DNA from: Chloroflexota bacterium
GTDB taxonomy: Bacteria; Chloroflexota; Limnocylindria; Limnocylindrales; CSP1-4
Reading direction: 5' to 3'
Assembly: GCA_019637815.1 (NCBI GenBank)
Contig: JAHBUZ010000011.1
Location: 18,758 to 82,757, forward strand
Length of the DNA stretch: 64,000 bases
The stretch's first letter is position 1. Each line of letters begins with the position of its first letter. The notes under the pieces were generated by a model that saw only the letters and a program-made list of their open reading frames with translations, had not been told where the DNA came from and made no database searches. Positions 28,440 through 38,283 of this stretch are shown one piece after another. Position numbers and translations under genes: made by a program.

Positions 28440-29258
28440 TCATGCGACGAGATAGCCGTCGTCGCACATGAGCGTATGACCGGTCACCAGCTCCGCGGCA
28501 TCGCTCGCCAGGAAGATCGCGGCGCCCACGAGCTCCCGGGGCAGCCCCAGACGTGGCCGGAGCATCCGCGCCTTGATCCAGTCCGCGGTGATGGAGCTGC
28601 GCTGTGCGGCGGCACGCGTGAGCGGCGAGTCCATGAGCGTGGGGCCGATGCCGTTGACCCGCACCCCACGGTCGCGCCACTCGAGCGCCAGCGCCCGGGT
28701 GACGCCCAGGACCCCGCCCTTCGAGGCGAGATAGGCGCTCGCCCAGGGGTAGGCGATGAACGAGCCGATGGATGCGAGGTTGATGATGCTGCCCTTGCCC
28801 TGGGCAAGCATCTGGCGACCGAATCCCTGGCAGCACAGATAGGTGCCCTTGAGGTTGAGGTCGAGGATGAAGTCGAAGCGATCCTCCGGGAAGTCCTCGG
28901 CCGGGGAGCGGAACGCCGAGCCCGCCGAGTTCACGAGGATGTCCACGCGGCCGTGGTCCTGCACCACGCGGTCGGCGAGTGCGTCCACCTGCTCCTTCGA
29001 GGTGACGTCCAGATGGCTCGCGATCGCGCTGCCACCCTGGGCGGCGATGGTCGCGACCGTCTCCGCGACGCCGTCATCGTTCACATCGGCAACGATGACC
29101 GTGACACCCGCTTGGGCATACCCGACGGAGATGGCCCTGCCGAGCCCGGAGCCACCGCCCGTGACGACCGCCACGCGACCGGCCAGGTCGAACAGGCCCT
29201 GGACATAGCCCGCCGGGATGGTCAGCTCCTCGTCATCCACCGGGCGTTGCTCGGTCAC
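28440..29258 (-). CDS. SDR-family oxidoreductase
   Basis: VAVVTGGGSGLGRA and YLASK motifs. GTG start at 29258 with an AGGAGG RBS 7 nt upstream. Confidence 0.8.
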   Translation of the reverse strand: MTEQRPVDDEELTIPAGYVQGLFDLAGRVAVVTGGGSGLGRAISVGYAQAGVTVIVADVNDDGVAETVATIAAQGGSAIASHLDVTSKEQVDALADRVVQDHGRVDILVNSAGSAFRSPAEDFPEDRFDFILDLNLKGTYLCCQGFGRQMLAQGKGSIINLASIGSFIAYPWASAYLASKGGVLGVTRALALEWRDRGVRVNGIGPTLMDSPLTRAAAQRSSITADWIKARMLRPRLGLPRELVGAAIFLASDAAELVTGHTLMCDDGYLVA

Positions 29259-29560
29259 CGCGACACCTCCTGGTCGGCCCAGCTGGCGGGGTCGTTGGGA
29301 TGGGCGGCGAGCGGATGCACCGTCGCCACGAGATGCGGGAACATGGGCAGCGAGGCGAGCGCGGTGTGCAGCTCGGTCGCGTCCGCCGCGTGCCAGATGC
29401 CCCAGTTGGCGCGCTGGCCGGGGATACGCCAGAGACGCTTGAGCGTGCCGCTCGCGCCGAGCTCGCGGGCGCGCTGACCCTCCGCGGCGATCAGCCGCTG
29501 CTGCTCCTCGGGCGTGATGCCCGCCGGCCAGGTGAACGTGATGTGCACCAGGAAGTCCAT
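29255..29560 (-). CDS. muconolactone delta-isomerase-like small protein
   Basis: About 101 aa. The sequence MDFLVHITFTW...ATELHTALASLPMFPHLVATVHPLAAHP resembles the CatC/MIase fold. ATG at 29560 with a GAGGAG RBS. It overlaps the SDR start by GTGA. Confidence 0.5.
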   Translation of the reverse strand: MDFLVHITFTWPAGITPEEQQRLIAAEGQRARELGASGTLKRLWRIPGQRANWGIWHAADATELHTALASLPMFPHLVATVHPLAAHPNDPASWADQEVSR

Positions 29561-29585
29561 CGATCGTGCTCCTCGTTCGTCGTCG

Positions 29586-30485
29586 TCAGCCGATGCGACC
29601 GGTCCAGGTCGGCAGGCCCGGCTCGCCCAGGGGGATCCGCCACACCTGGCCACCGTAGGATGCGTCCGATGAGTCGGCCAGGACACCCGCATCGGTCATG
29701 ATCAGGTCGGTGCCCTGGAACACGCAGTTGGTGGGGATGACCCCGGCCTTGATGAAGCGGTCATAGCGACCGTCCGGGTGCAGGACATCGATACCGCCGC
29801 CGTTGACGGTCGTCACATACAGCCGGCCGTCCGCGCCCACGGCCAGGCCATCCGCGACGGGCTGCTCACCGGGCAGTCGCGCGATGTCCTCGATGACGCC
29901 CGTGTCGAGGCGCAGCCTGCGGACCATGCCCGTGTACGACTCGGCCCACACCACGCTGCCGTCCGCCTCGATGGCGATGCCGTTCGGGAAGGTCGGCGGA
30001 TCGAGCTCTGCGAGGAGGCTGCCGGACCCATCGGCCTCCAGCACGAACAGGTACGAGGGCTCGGGGTCCGCGGGTCGGTAGGTGCCCGGATCGGTGAAGT
30101 AGAGCCGACCGTCCGGCCCGAACACCAGGTCGTTGGGGCCATGGAACCGCTTGCCATCCAGCTCCGTGGCGATGATGCGTGCCGGGCCACCTTCCGCCTC
30201 GATGACCTGGATCGAGGGCACCGACATCTCCTCCGCACGCCACGGCCCCACCGTGCCCCCGTTCTGGCACACGTACATCGTGCTGCCATCGCCCCGGACG
30301 CACGAGTTGGGTCCGCCGGCCGTGTACGCGTAGCGACTGACGCCCCGACCGCGCTCCCAGACGGAGACCTGGCTGCGATAGCTCTCCACGAAGCAGATCC
30401 GGCCGTCCGGCAGGACGGTCGGGCCCTCCGCCCAGCCGAGCCCCTCGGCGAGCAGCTCATGGGTGACGGGATCGGGTTCGCTCAT
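29586..30485 (-). CDS. SMP-30/gluconolactonase/LRE-family protein, paralog 2
   Basis: Start MSEPDPVTHELLAEGLGWAEGP at 30485, overlapping the permease stop by ATGA. Beta-propeller SGL repeats. Confidence 0.8.
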   Translation of the reverse strand: MSEPDPVTHELLAEGLGWAEGPTVLPDGRICFVESYRSQVSVWERGRGVSRYAYTAGGPNSCVRGDGSTMYVCQNGGTVGPWRAEEMSVPSIQVIEAEGGPARIIATELDGKRFHGPNDLVFGPDGRLYFTDPGTYRPADPEPSYLFVLEADGSGSLLAELDPPTFPNGIAIEADGSVVWAESYTGMVRRLRLDTGVIEDIARLPGEQPVADGLAVGADGRLYVTTVNGGGIDVLHPDGRYDRFIKAGVIPTNCVFQGTDLIMTDAGVLADSSDASYGGQVWRIPLGEPGLPTWTGRIG

Positions 30486-31315
30486 TTCACGGCTCCTGCG
30501 GTGATGCCACGCACGATGTAGCGCTGCACGAACAGCGAGAACACGAAGATGGGGATGATGGTCACGACGCCCACCGTGGCGGCCACGTTCCAGTCGATGG
30601 GTCGCTGCGCGGAGATGAGCCCGGCGGCGCCGAGCGGGATCGTCTTGAGGCTCTGCGAGTTGACGATGTACATGCCGACCAGGAACTCGTTCCAGATGAA
30701 GATGGCCGCGAAGATCGAGGACACGATGAGCCCCGGCCGCACGAGCGGCAGCATGACCGAGGTGAGGACACGGAAGCGGCTGCACCCGTCCACCATCGCG
30801 GCATCATCCAGCTCCCGGGGGATCTCGTCGAAGAAGCCGATGAGGATCCAGATCACGAGCGGCAGGCTGAACGCCACGTACGGGATCACGAGGCCCGGCA
30901 GGGTGTCGTCGAGGTCCAGGAACCGCATCATCAGCAGGATCGGGATGGCCACGGCCACCGCGGGCATGAAGCGCAGGCTCAGGACCGTGTTCGCCCAGCC
31001 GTCCCGACGTCGGAACGGGATGCGCGAGAAGGCATAGGCGGCCGGGGTCGCGACCAGGAGCGCCACGATGACCGTGAGCGTCGTCACCACGATGGAGTTC
31101 AGGGTGTACCCCAGGAATCCCCGGTCGATGAGCACGTTCCGGTAGTTCGAGACGATCTGGTCGATGTCGAAGTCCAGGGTGGGCGGCACCTGGAGGATCT
31201 CGATGCGCGCCTTGGTGGAGAGCAGCAGGATGACCACGAACGGTGCGAACCCGATGATGCCGATGAGCACGAGGAGCAGGTACGCGAACGCCCGCTCGAT
31301 GCGACGCGTGATCAT
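30482..31315 (-). CDS. CUT1-type ABC sugar permease (MalG/UgpE-like)
   Basis: EAA-loop-type permease with six TM helices. The ATG at 31315 overlaps the upstream permease stop by ATGA. The track ORF's 146 N-terminal codons lie in the neighbour gene's other frame. Confidence 0.8.
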   Translation of the reverse strand: MITRRIERAFAYLLLVLIGIIGFAPFVVILLLSTKARIEILQVPPTLDFDIDQIVSNYRNVLIDRGFLGYTLNSIVVTTLTVIVALLVATPAAYAFSRIPFRRRDGWANTVLSLRFMPAVAVAIPILLMMRFLDLDDTLPGLVIPYVAFSLPLVIWILIGFFDEIPRELDDAAMVDGCSRFRVLTSVMLPLVRPGLIVSSIFAAIFIWNEFLVGMYIVNSQSLKTIPLGAAGLISAQRPIDWNVAATVGVVTIIPIFVFSLFVQRYIVRGITAGAVK

Positions 31316-32220
31316 CGAGCGTCCGCCCGGCGCAGCGCGAGACGTGCCGCGAGGACCATGAACGCGACCGTCGCCACGATGACCATCACGTACGAGATCG
31401 CCGACGCGTAGCCGTAGCGCGTGAAGCTGAAGCCGGTCTCCCAGGCGTAGAAGCTGAGCGTGGTGGTGAGCCGGCCCGGACCGCCGTACGTGAGTCCGAA
31501 CACCACGTCGAACGAGCGGAACGCATCGATGGAGCGGAACACGGCCGCGAACGCGATGGCCGGCGCCAGCAGCGGCAGGGTCACCTGGCGCAGGGTCGCG
31601 ATGCGTCCTGCGCCGTCCACGGCGGACGCCTCGAACACGTCGCGGGGCAGCGCCTGGAGTCGTGCGAACACGATGACCATGATGAATGGCGTCCACTGCC
31701 ACGAATCCACGAGGACCAGCGTGACGAGGGCCAGCTTCGGGTCCGCGGTCCACAGTGGCTTGGGCAGGCCCAGCTCGCCCAGCAGCCAGTTGACCATGCC
31801 CCAGTCAGGGTTGAGCAGCGCCCGCCACATGAGCCCCACCACGACCGGGGTCAGCAGCATCGGCAGGATGAGCACGCCCCGCACGAACCACGATCCGCGC
31901 AGGTGGAGGTCGAAGAACAGCGCGAGCGCCGTGCCCAGGACCACCTGGATGGCGATGGACGCGACGACGAGGATGCCGGTGTTGACCGCGGCCTGCCAGA
32001 ACACCGCGTCGCGGGCGAGCATCGCGTAGTTGTCCAGCCCCACGAACGTGAACGAGCTCGTGGTCGGGCTCCAGTCGAAGAAGCTGATGCCCAGGCTGTA
32101 GACGAGCGGGAAGACGGAGAACAGGACGAGATAGGCCGCGGCCGGCGAGATGAGCAGCAGGATGTCCCGCCGCGTGTGCAGCGGGTGCGCGGTGCGCATC
32201 GGTGGGGTCGTGGTCGTCAC
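31312..32220 (-). CDS. CUT1-type ABC sugar permease (MalF/UgpA-like)
   Basis: Typical MalF-type topology and motifs (ALPRDVFEASAVDGAG). Confidence 0.8.
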   Translation of the reverse strand: MTTTTPPMRTAHPLHTRRDILLLISPAAAYLVLFSVFPLVYSLGISFFDWSPTTSSFTFVGLDNYAMLARDAVFWQAAVNTGILVVASIAIQVVLGTALALFFDLHLRGSWFVRGVLILPMLLTPVVVGLMWRALLNPDWGMVNWLLGELGLPKPLWTADPKLALVTLVLVDSWQWTPFIMVIVFARLQALPRDVFEASAVDGAGRIATLRQVTLPLLAPAIAFAAVFRSIDAFRSFDVVFGLTYGGPGRLTTTLSFYAWETGFSFTRYGYASAISYVMVIVATVAFMVLAARLALRRADAR

Positions 32221-32307
32221 GGTCCTGTCGTGCCGGCTCGGTCGACGTGTGAGGCGGTGGCCGCGTGGGCCACCGCCTCGTGAAGGTCCGCTATCGGTGG
32301 TCCCTGG

Positions 32308-33777
32308 TCACTCGGCCAGGTGGCCACCCGCCTTGAGGATCGTCTCGGCCGCGGCCTGGGCGTTGGCCATCGCCGTCTCGGCGTCCTGGGCACCCGTGAG
32401 CGCGAGGTTGATCTCCCGGGCCACGGCACCCACGACCTCGAAGGCCTCGGGGATGGTCGCGACCTCCAGGATCTGGGCGCTCTCGATGGCACCGACGGCC
32501 GCGGGGATGTACGGCAGCGCCGCGACGATCTCCGGGTCCGAGCCGGTGGAGATGCGGTTCGGGTCCGTCTGGTAGGTCATGACCTGGTACTTCTCGAACT
32601 CCTTCGAGGTGATCTGGGTCAGGAGCAGCCAGGCGCAGTCCTTGTTCTCCTGGGGCAGGTTCTTCGCGATGCCCAGGCCCCAGCCACCGCGGACACCCCG
32701 CGGGTTGCCGTCCTCGGCAGGCATCGGCGCCACCGCGACGGTGTCCTTGACCGGGGAGTCGGGACCGTACAGCGCGCCTGCGATGGTCGCCCACGCCGGC
32801 CACATCGCGACACGACCGGTCATGAACGCGTCCATGGCCTCCGTGAAGCCGTAGCTGGTCACCGCGGCCGGCGAGGACGGCAGCAGGTCGATCATGTTCT
32901 GGAGCGCCGCGACGGCCTCCGGGCTGGTGAGGTTGGTGTTGAGCGTCTGGTCCGCCTTGCTGCCCGTGGTCAGCTGGCCGCCCATGGTGATGAAGCGGCT
33001 GTACCAGTCCACCAGGAAGCCGGAGACATCGTTGGCGCCCACCATGGCGCTGCCGGCGACGTCATCGGTCGTCAGCTGCTGCGCGGTCGCGAGGTACTCC
33101 GCCCAGGTCGTGGGCACGGGCGGCTGGCCCTCACCACCCAGCAGGTCGCTGCGATAGAACAGCAGCACGGAGCCGCTGTGGATGCCCGGGATGAGGTACA
33201 GCTGGTCACCGCCGAACTCACCGGACTCGACATCGAAGTAGCCGGTGTACTCCAGCTGGCCGGCCGGGAAGTCCGCGAAGTCGTAGTCCGCGGGGGTCTT
33301 GGACGCGTCGTTCAGGTACGGCGTCAGCTCCTCGAGGAGCCCGGCGCCCGCCGTCCCCGCCACGTTGAAGCCGATGGTGTGGATGATGTCGAACGCCGAC
33401 TCCGGCGCACGCAGGTTCTGGGCGAGCGACTCGTTCAGCTGGCCGAGCGCCATCGTGGTGAGCTGGATGTCGATGCCGGTCGCGGCCTCGATCTCCGCCT
33501 CCTTGTCGCGCAGGCCGAAGTCGTCCCGCTCGCCATCCACGAGGGCGATACGCACGACCTTGCCGGCGCACGCCATGGGGTCGAACGTGCCACCGGACTG
33601 GGCGCTCACGGTGGCGAACGACAGGCTGGAAGCGGCCACGACGCCGCCGATGCCCAGCGCGCTCAACCGTGCCACGGAGGAACGGCGACGCCGTCCCCCC
33701 GACACCCGATGGCGAGCTGGCGAGCGTCCGGCCCCGCTGGCCGGGGTCACGTGATCCACGACGAGTTCCTCCTCCAT
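32308..33777 (-). CDS. CUT1 extracellular solute-binding protein (family 1)
   Basis: Twin-arginine/Sec-type signal (RRRRSSVARLSALGIGGVVAASSLSFATVSAQS) followed by SBP_bac_1-like domains. Start at ATG 33777 is uncertain. Confidence 0.75.
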   Translation of the reverse strand: MEEELVVDHVTPASGAGRSPARHRVSGGRRRRSSVARLSALGIGGVVAASSLSFATVSAQSGGTFDPMACAGKVVRIALVDGERDDFGLRDKEAEIEAATGIDIQLTTMALGQLNESLAQNLRAPESAFDIIHTIGFNVAGTAGAGLLEELTPYLNDASKTPADYDFADFPAGQLEYTGYFDVESGEFGGDQLYLIPGIHSGSVLLFYRSDLLGGEGQPPVPTTWAEYLATAQQLTTDDVAGSAMVGANDVSGFLVDWYSRFITMGGQLTTGSKADQTLNTNLTSPEAVAALQNMIDLLPSSPAAVTSYGFTEAMDAFMTGRVAMWPAWATIAGALYGPDSPVKDTVAVAPMPAEDGNPRGVRGGWGLGIAKNLPQENKDCAWLLLTQITSKEFEKYQVMTYQTDPNRISTGSDPEIVAALPYIPAAVGAIESAQILEVATIPEAFEVVGAVAREINLALTGAQDAETAMANAQAAAETILKAGGHLAE

Positions 33778-33852
33778 GGGATCGCGCGGCGGTCGAGGGT
33801 GCATCACCCGACCGCGTCGATGGCGCGACCGTACCGCAACGATCGGGCCCAT

Positions 33853-33869
33853 GTCAACAATCGGTTGCG
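33853..33869. promoter_or_regulatory. imperfect palindrome TGTCAACAATCGGTTGC related to the GACAATCGATTGTC motif
   Basis: Arms CAAC/GTTG around an AATCG core, about 80 nt upstream of the SBP start at 33777. It matches 10 of 14 positions with the 40615 palindrome. Confidence 0.25.
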
Positions 33870-33921
33870 CGATGTCGCGGACCCCGGACCATCCCGGCCG
33901 ATGCCAGCCGCGCGCGTGGCG

Positions 33922-34431
33922 TCAGGGTGCGCCGATCCTCGCGGGTCGGCGCGCGACCGGGCGATCCACCTCGTCGACGACCGCGACCACGCGCCCGGTC
34001 TGATCGAGGCCGGTGATGGTCCGCGTCACCAGCCCGACGTCCGCCCGGGGGCCCTCGCGGACCACCTCGATGCGCGACTCGGCGACCAGGGTGTCGCCCG
34101 CCACCACGGGACCCGTCAGTCGGATCGATCGCCAGCCCGTGGCCCGCGTCGCGGCGGCCACCGATGGCGGCGGCACGGCGGGCTCGGCGAGCCCGATGAC
34201 GATCGCGGCGGTCAGCGCACCCAGCACGAGCGGCTCCCCGAACGCTCCCTGCGCGGCGGCATGCCGGTCGCCGTGGACGTCGCTCACGTTGTGGGTGACC
34301 CAGGCGAGCCAGACATGCTCCGAGTCATCGAGCGTCCGGCCATGCGCATGACGGATGACCACCCCCGGGACGGCGTCCTCGAACCACCAGCCGGTGTCGG
34401 CGCCCGCGATCACACGAGTCCCTGGCGCCAT
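33922..34431 (-). CDS. MaoC-like (hot-dog fold) dehydratase/hydratase, paralog 2
   Basis: Clear paralog of the MaoC protein at 43103..43669 (shared blocks GWWFEDAV..., VAGDTLVAESRIEVV). Start at ATG 34431 (alternative TTG 34455). Confidence 0.7.
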   Translation of the reverse strand: MAPGTRVIAGADTGWWFEDAVPGVVIRHAHGRTLDDSEHVWLAWVTHNVSDVHGDRHAAAQGAFGEPLVLGALTAAIVIGLAEPAVPPPSVAAATRATGWRSIRLTGPVVAGDTLVAESRIEVVREGPRADVGLVTRTITGLDQTGRVVAVVDEVDRPVARRPARIGAP

Positions 34432-34447
34432 CGCCGACCCGTCCGGG

Positions 34448-35587
34448 TCAGCCAAGGTCCGCGAGGATCCCGACCGGGTCGTCGTGGGGCTGGCTGCGCA
34501 CCCAGTCGATATCGACCATGTGACCGAAGCCCGGCAGCTCGGGGAGTGGCGCCATCAGCCCGCCATCGAGGATCACGGGCTGGGGCAAGGGGTCGTCCAT
34601 CGGGTGGACACCCGTGTCCGGGATACCCCACTCGATGGGTCGGTCGGCGTATCCCAGCGCAGCGAGGACCTGGCTGTGGACGTGCGGGAACATGTGGGGC
34701 GCGAAATCGAGACCCGCAGCGAGCGCCTGGTCGATGACCCGCCGACCGCGCGTCAGACCGCCCATGCAGGTGAGGTCGACCCGCACGACATCCACGGCGC
34801 CGGCCGCGATGAGGGCCTCCGGGAAGTAGCTGCCGCCCTGCTCATCGCCCATCGCGATGGGCACCTCGATGCGGTCGCGGAGCTGTCGCAGGATCCCCGC
34901 GTCCCCGGGCGGGAAGATGTCCTCGAACCAGCCCAGGCCCACGTCCGGGATGGACTCGATGAAGCTGGCCGCCGTCTCCACGTCCTCGTAGACCCACGCG
35001 GCGTCCATGCCCAGCCACGCGTCGGGTGCTGCGGCACGTGCCGCCCGCAGGCGCGCGGCGCTCCGCTCGGCGGCACCACCGATGGGTGCCTTGAAGCGGC
35101 GCCAGCCGGCCGCATACAGCACCGCGGTCTGGGCGCCGGTCTCCTCGGGCCCCATGGTGCCCGGCGGGTAGCCGATGATCGCGGTCGCTGGCATCGGCTC
35201 GTTGTGACCGCCGAGCAGGCCCGCGATGGACAGGTCACGCAGCTTCGCAGCGGCATCCCAGCAGGCGAGGTCCACGATGGACAGGGCACGCAGCCCGATG
35301 CCCGCCGCGTGCGATGCCAGGCTCCGACGCCATGCGACCGTGAACGTCCGCTCCCGGTCATCGATGGTCGTGCCCACGTACAGCGCCGCGATCGTCTTGC
35401 GGATCTGCTCCGCGACCGCGCCGTCACGGGTGAGCGTGTACATCAGGCCATCGACGCCCCGGTCGGTGCGCACCCGCACGAGCGCGAACTCGCGAGAGCG
35501 CATGATCCACTCGCCGAAGATGACCGGCGCGGGGAGCTGGGCCTGGATGGTCATCACGTCCACGGACGTGATGGTCGCGCTGGTCAT
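34448..35587 (-). CDS. enolase-superfamily protein (MR/MLE family; probable sugar-acid dehydratase), paralog 2
   Basis: Start MTSATITSVDVMT at 35587 with a GGAGGA RBS. Co-linear with paralog 1 (FGEWIMRSREF, KAPIG, MGDEQGGSY). Confidence 0.8.
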   Translation of the reverse strand: MTSATITSVDVMTIQAQLPAPVIFGEWIMRSREFALVRVRTDRGVDGLMYTLTRDGAVAEQIRKTIAALYVGTTIDDRERTFTVAWRRSLASHAAGIGLRALSIVDLACWDAAAKLRDLSIAGLLGGHNEPMPATAIIGYPPGTMGPEETGAQTAVLYAAGWRRFKAPIGGAAERSAARLRAARAAAPDAWLGMDAAWVYEDVETAASFIESIPDVGLGWFEDIFPPGDAGILRQLRDRIEVPIAMGDEQGGSYFPEALIAAGAVDVVRVDLTCMGGLTRGRRVIDQALAAGLDFAPHMFPHVHSQVLAALGYADRPIEWGIPDTGVHPMDDPLPQPVILDGGLMAPLPELPGFGHMVDIDWVRSQPHDDPVGILADLG

Positions 35588-35621
35588 GGGTCCTCCGGAG
35601 ACAGCGGGTGACGGAGCGCGC

Positions 35622-36449
35622 TCAGGCGCCCTCGTGGATCTGGGTCGAGCCGGCGCTGCTGGCCCAGGCGCCCTGGGCCAGGAAGCCACCATCGACGGCG
35701 AGATAGCCGCCGGTCATGAAGCTGGAGCGGTCGCTGGCCAGGAACAGCGTGGCCTGCGCGATGTCCTCCGGCAGGCCGAGACGGCCGAGCGGGTGGAAGG
35801 CGCCATAGCGTGCGAGCGTCGCATCGAGGTCGCCGCCCTCCGCGCGCGCCGCGGTCCGGACCATCTCCGAGTCCATGGTGCCCGGACAGATGGCGTTCAC
35901 ACGGATGCCGTCCCGCGCATAGTCGAGGGCCATGTTGCGGGTGAGCGAGAGCACGCCGCCCTTGCTCGCCGCGTACGAGGGGACGCCGGGCATCGACTGG
36001 ACACCCTGGACGCTCGCCATATTGATGACCGAGCCACCCGGTCCCTGCGCCCGGATGTGGGGCAGGGCGTACTTGGACATCAGGAACTGGCCCTTCAGGT
36101 TGACCCCCAGGATGCGATCCCAGACCTCCTCGGGGGTGTCCTCGACGCGGAAGTACCAGTCGACGGGCTGGATGCCCGCGTTGTTGACGAGCACGTCGAG
36201 CCGACCGAAGGCGGTGACCGTCTCGGCCACCATCCGCTGGGCATCCCCGGACGACGAGACATCGCCGATGGTCGCGATGGCTCGCACGCCGCCCGCTGCC
36301 AGCTCTGCCGCCAGGCGCTCCGCGGCGGCCCGGTCCACGTCCGCGATGGCGACCGACGCGCCTTCGCGCGCGAACGCTCGCACGATGCCCTGGCCGATGC
36401 CCAGGGCTCCACCGGTCACCAGGACGGCCCGGCCGTCGAACTCTCCCAT
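35622..36449 (-). CDS. SDR-family oxidoreductase
   Basis: AVLVTGGALGIGQG and YAASK motifs. ATG at 36449 with a GGAGG RBS. Confidence 0.8.
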   Translation of the reverse strand: MGEFDGRAVLVTGGALGIGQGIVRAFAREGASVAIADVDRAAAERLAAELAAGGVRAIATIGDVSSSGDAQRMVAETVTAFGRLDVLVNNAGIQPVDWYFRVEDTPEEVWDRILGVNLKGQFLMSKYALPHIRAQGPGGSVINMASVQGVQSMPGVPSYAASKGGVLSLTRNMALDYARDGIRVNAICPGTMDSEMVRTAARAEGGDLDATLARYGAFHPLGRLGLPEDIAQATLFLASDRSSFMTGGYLAVDGGFLAQGAWASSAGSTQIHEGA

Positions 36450-36469
36450 GTCAGCCTCCGGCGCCATGT

Positions 36470-37411
36470 TCAGTCTCCGATCTCGTCACGGGTGGGGTGG
36501 AAGAGCGGCTTGCCGACGAGCCCGGGGACCCGGAACCGGGTCACGTGCCAGCGCCCGATGTTGGGGGTCAGGATGACGTCCCGGTCGGGACCTGCGAACA
36601 CCACGTTGGTGGGTGCGGCCAGTGCGGTCCCCTCGGGGTCGTGGGCCAGCACCTGGAGCCCCAGGTCCGCACGCCAGCGATACACGACATCGGGCCGGTA
36701 GCACGCGATGACCACCGAGCCGTCCGTGGCGAAGGCGACGCCGTCGGGCACCGTGCCCGGCAGCTCCACCAGGAGCCGCCGTGGCCCCGCCGAGCCATCG
36801 GGCAGGATGTCGAACGCGACCAGCGCCCCGGGCGTGGACTCGAGGACCCATATCTCCTGGCCGTTCGGGTGGACCGCGAGACCGTTCGGGAAGTCCCGGC
36901 TCTCCCGGGTCCAGACGCTGGTGCGCTCCGTGGCAGGGCCGGCACCCGGCCGCACCACGATCACGCTGCCGTCCGGCTGCTTCCAGTGACCGGAGTCGGT
37001 GACATAGAAGCTGCCATCGGGCCCGAACGCGCCCCAGTTGGGTGTCACGAACGGGATGCCGGGTGCGCCGCTGGTCCAGGGAACGGGGTCCCCGCCACCG
37101 GGTGTCCAGCGCATGACCGCGCCGCGCTTGGGGTCACAGGCGTAGACACGCCCCTCCCCGTCCGTGGCGAGGCCCAGGGTCCAGCCGCCGGTCGTGGTCA
37201 CCTCGTGCGCGGTGCCGTCCTCGTCCACCCGGTAGATCTGGCCCTGCTCGCCGCTGACGTAGATGGTGCCGTCGGGCGCGACGCAGATCCCCTCCGCATG
37301 GTCGATACCCGCGGCGATCTGCTCCAGTGCGTCGAGCGCGATGATCGGCTCCATGGCTCCTCCCACCCGCCACCCGGGCTCGGCTGCGCGGTCCACGACG
37401 TGGCGACTCAT
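36470..37411 (-). CDS. SMP-30/gluconolactonase/LRE-family protein, paralog 3
   Basis: SGL beta-propeller repeats. The ATG at 37411 overlaps the permease stop by ATGA (alternative start MEPIIALD at 37354). Confidence 0.8.
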   Translation of the reverse strand: MSRHVVDRAAEPGWRVGGAMEPIIALDALEQIAAGIDHAEGICVAPDGTIYVSGEQGQIYRVDEDGTAHEVTTTGGWTLGLATDGEGRVYACDPKRGAVMRWTPGGGDPVPWTSGAPGIPFVTPNWGAFGPDGSFYVTDSGHWKQPDGSVIVVRPGAGPATERTSVWTRESRDFPNGLAVHPNGQEIWVLESTPGALVAFDILPDGSAGPRRLLVELPGTVPDGVAFATDGSVVIACYRPDVVYRWRADLGLQVLAHDPEGTALAAPTNVVFAGPDRDVILTPNIGRWHVTRFRVPGLVGKPLFHPTRDEIGD

Positions 37412-38241
37412 TGCTTGACCGCCCCCTCCGCCACGCCACGCTCGAACTGGCGGTGGAGCACCAGGTACAGGATGAACACAGGCACGGCCGCCATCAACAC
37501 CGCAGCGGCCACCAACTCGTGGGGCGTGCTGTACTGACCGATGAACTGGGCGATGCCGACCGGCAGGGTATACGTGCCCGCATCACGGAGCAGCACCAGC
37601 GCCAGGAAGTAGTCGTTCCAGCAGAACAGGAACGTCAGGATCGCGACCGTCGCGATCGGTGCCTTCGCGAGCGGCACGACGACGCCCAGGAGGATCCAGC
37701 GCTCCGAGGCCCCATCGATGCGGGCCGCCTCCAGGAGCTCCCGTGGGATCCCCGCGAAGAAGCTCCGCAGGATGAGGATGGACAGCGGCAGGCCGAACGC
37801 GACATAGACCAGGGACAGGCCGACGTGCGTGTCGTAGAGGCCCATCGTCCGGATCTCCACGAACAGCGGGATGATGACCGCCGCGGGCGGGATCATGAGC
37901 CCCAGGAGGATGAGCAGGAACAGCACCTCCGACCCCCGGAACCGGAGCCGGGCGAAGCCGTAGGCGGCGAGGACGCTCAGGGTGACCACGACGGCGACGG
38001 AGAGGCCCGTCACGACGATGCTGTTGAGGAACAGGCGCGCGAGACCGAACTGGCCCCATGCATCGGAGAAGTTCTCCGGCCGGAACGTGCCCGGGATGAC
38101 CGCCCGTGAGTAGACGTCCGCGCCGGTCCGGAGGGCGAGGCCCACGATCCACAGGATGGGCGCCATCGCCACCATCGCCGAAGCCAGCAGGAACGCGGAG
38201 ACACCGACCCGCCACGCCGGGTGCGTATAGCGGTCGATCAT
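37408..38241 (-). CDS. CUT1-type ABC sugar permease (MalG-like)
   Basis: EAA loop (RIDGASERW) with six TM helices. Confidence 0.8.
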   Translation of the reverse strand: MIDRYTHPAWRVGVSAFLLASAMVAMAPILWIVGLALRTGADVYSRAVIPGTFRPENFSDAWGQFGLARLFLNSIVVTGLSVAVVVTLSVLAAYGFARLRFRGSEVLFLLILLGLMIPPAAVIIPLFVEIRTMGLYDTHVGLSLVYVAFGLPLSILILRSFFAGIPRELLEAARIDGASERWILLGVVVPLAKAPIATVAILTFLFCWNDYFLALVLLRDAGTYTLPVGIAQFIGQYSTPHELVAAAVLMAAVPVFILYLVLHRQFERGVAEGAVKQ

Positions 38242-38283
38242 GGGTGGATCTCCGGCGGTTCGGCACGGCCACCCACGCGATGG

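Noticed and set aside
32320-34737. 805-aa plus-strand ORF
   Set aside because: Antisense to the CUT1 SBP, MaoC and enolase genes. The translation is low complexity.
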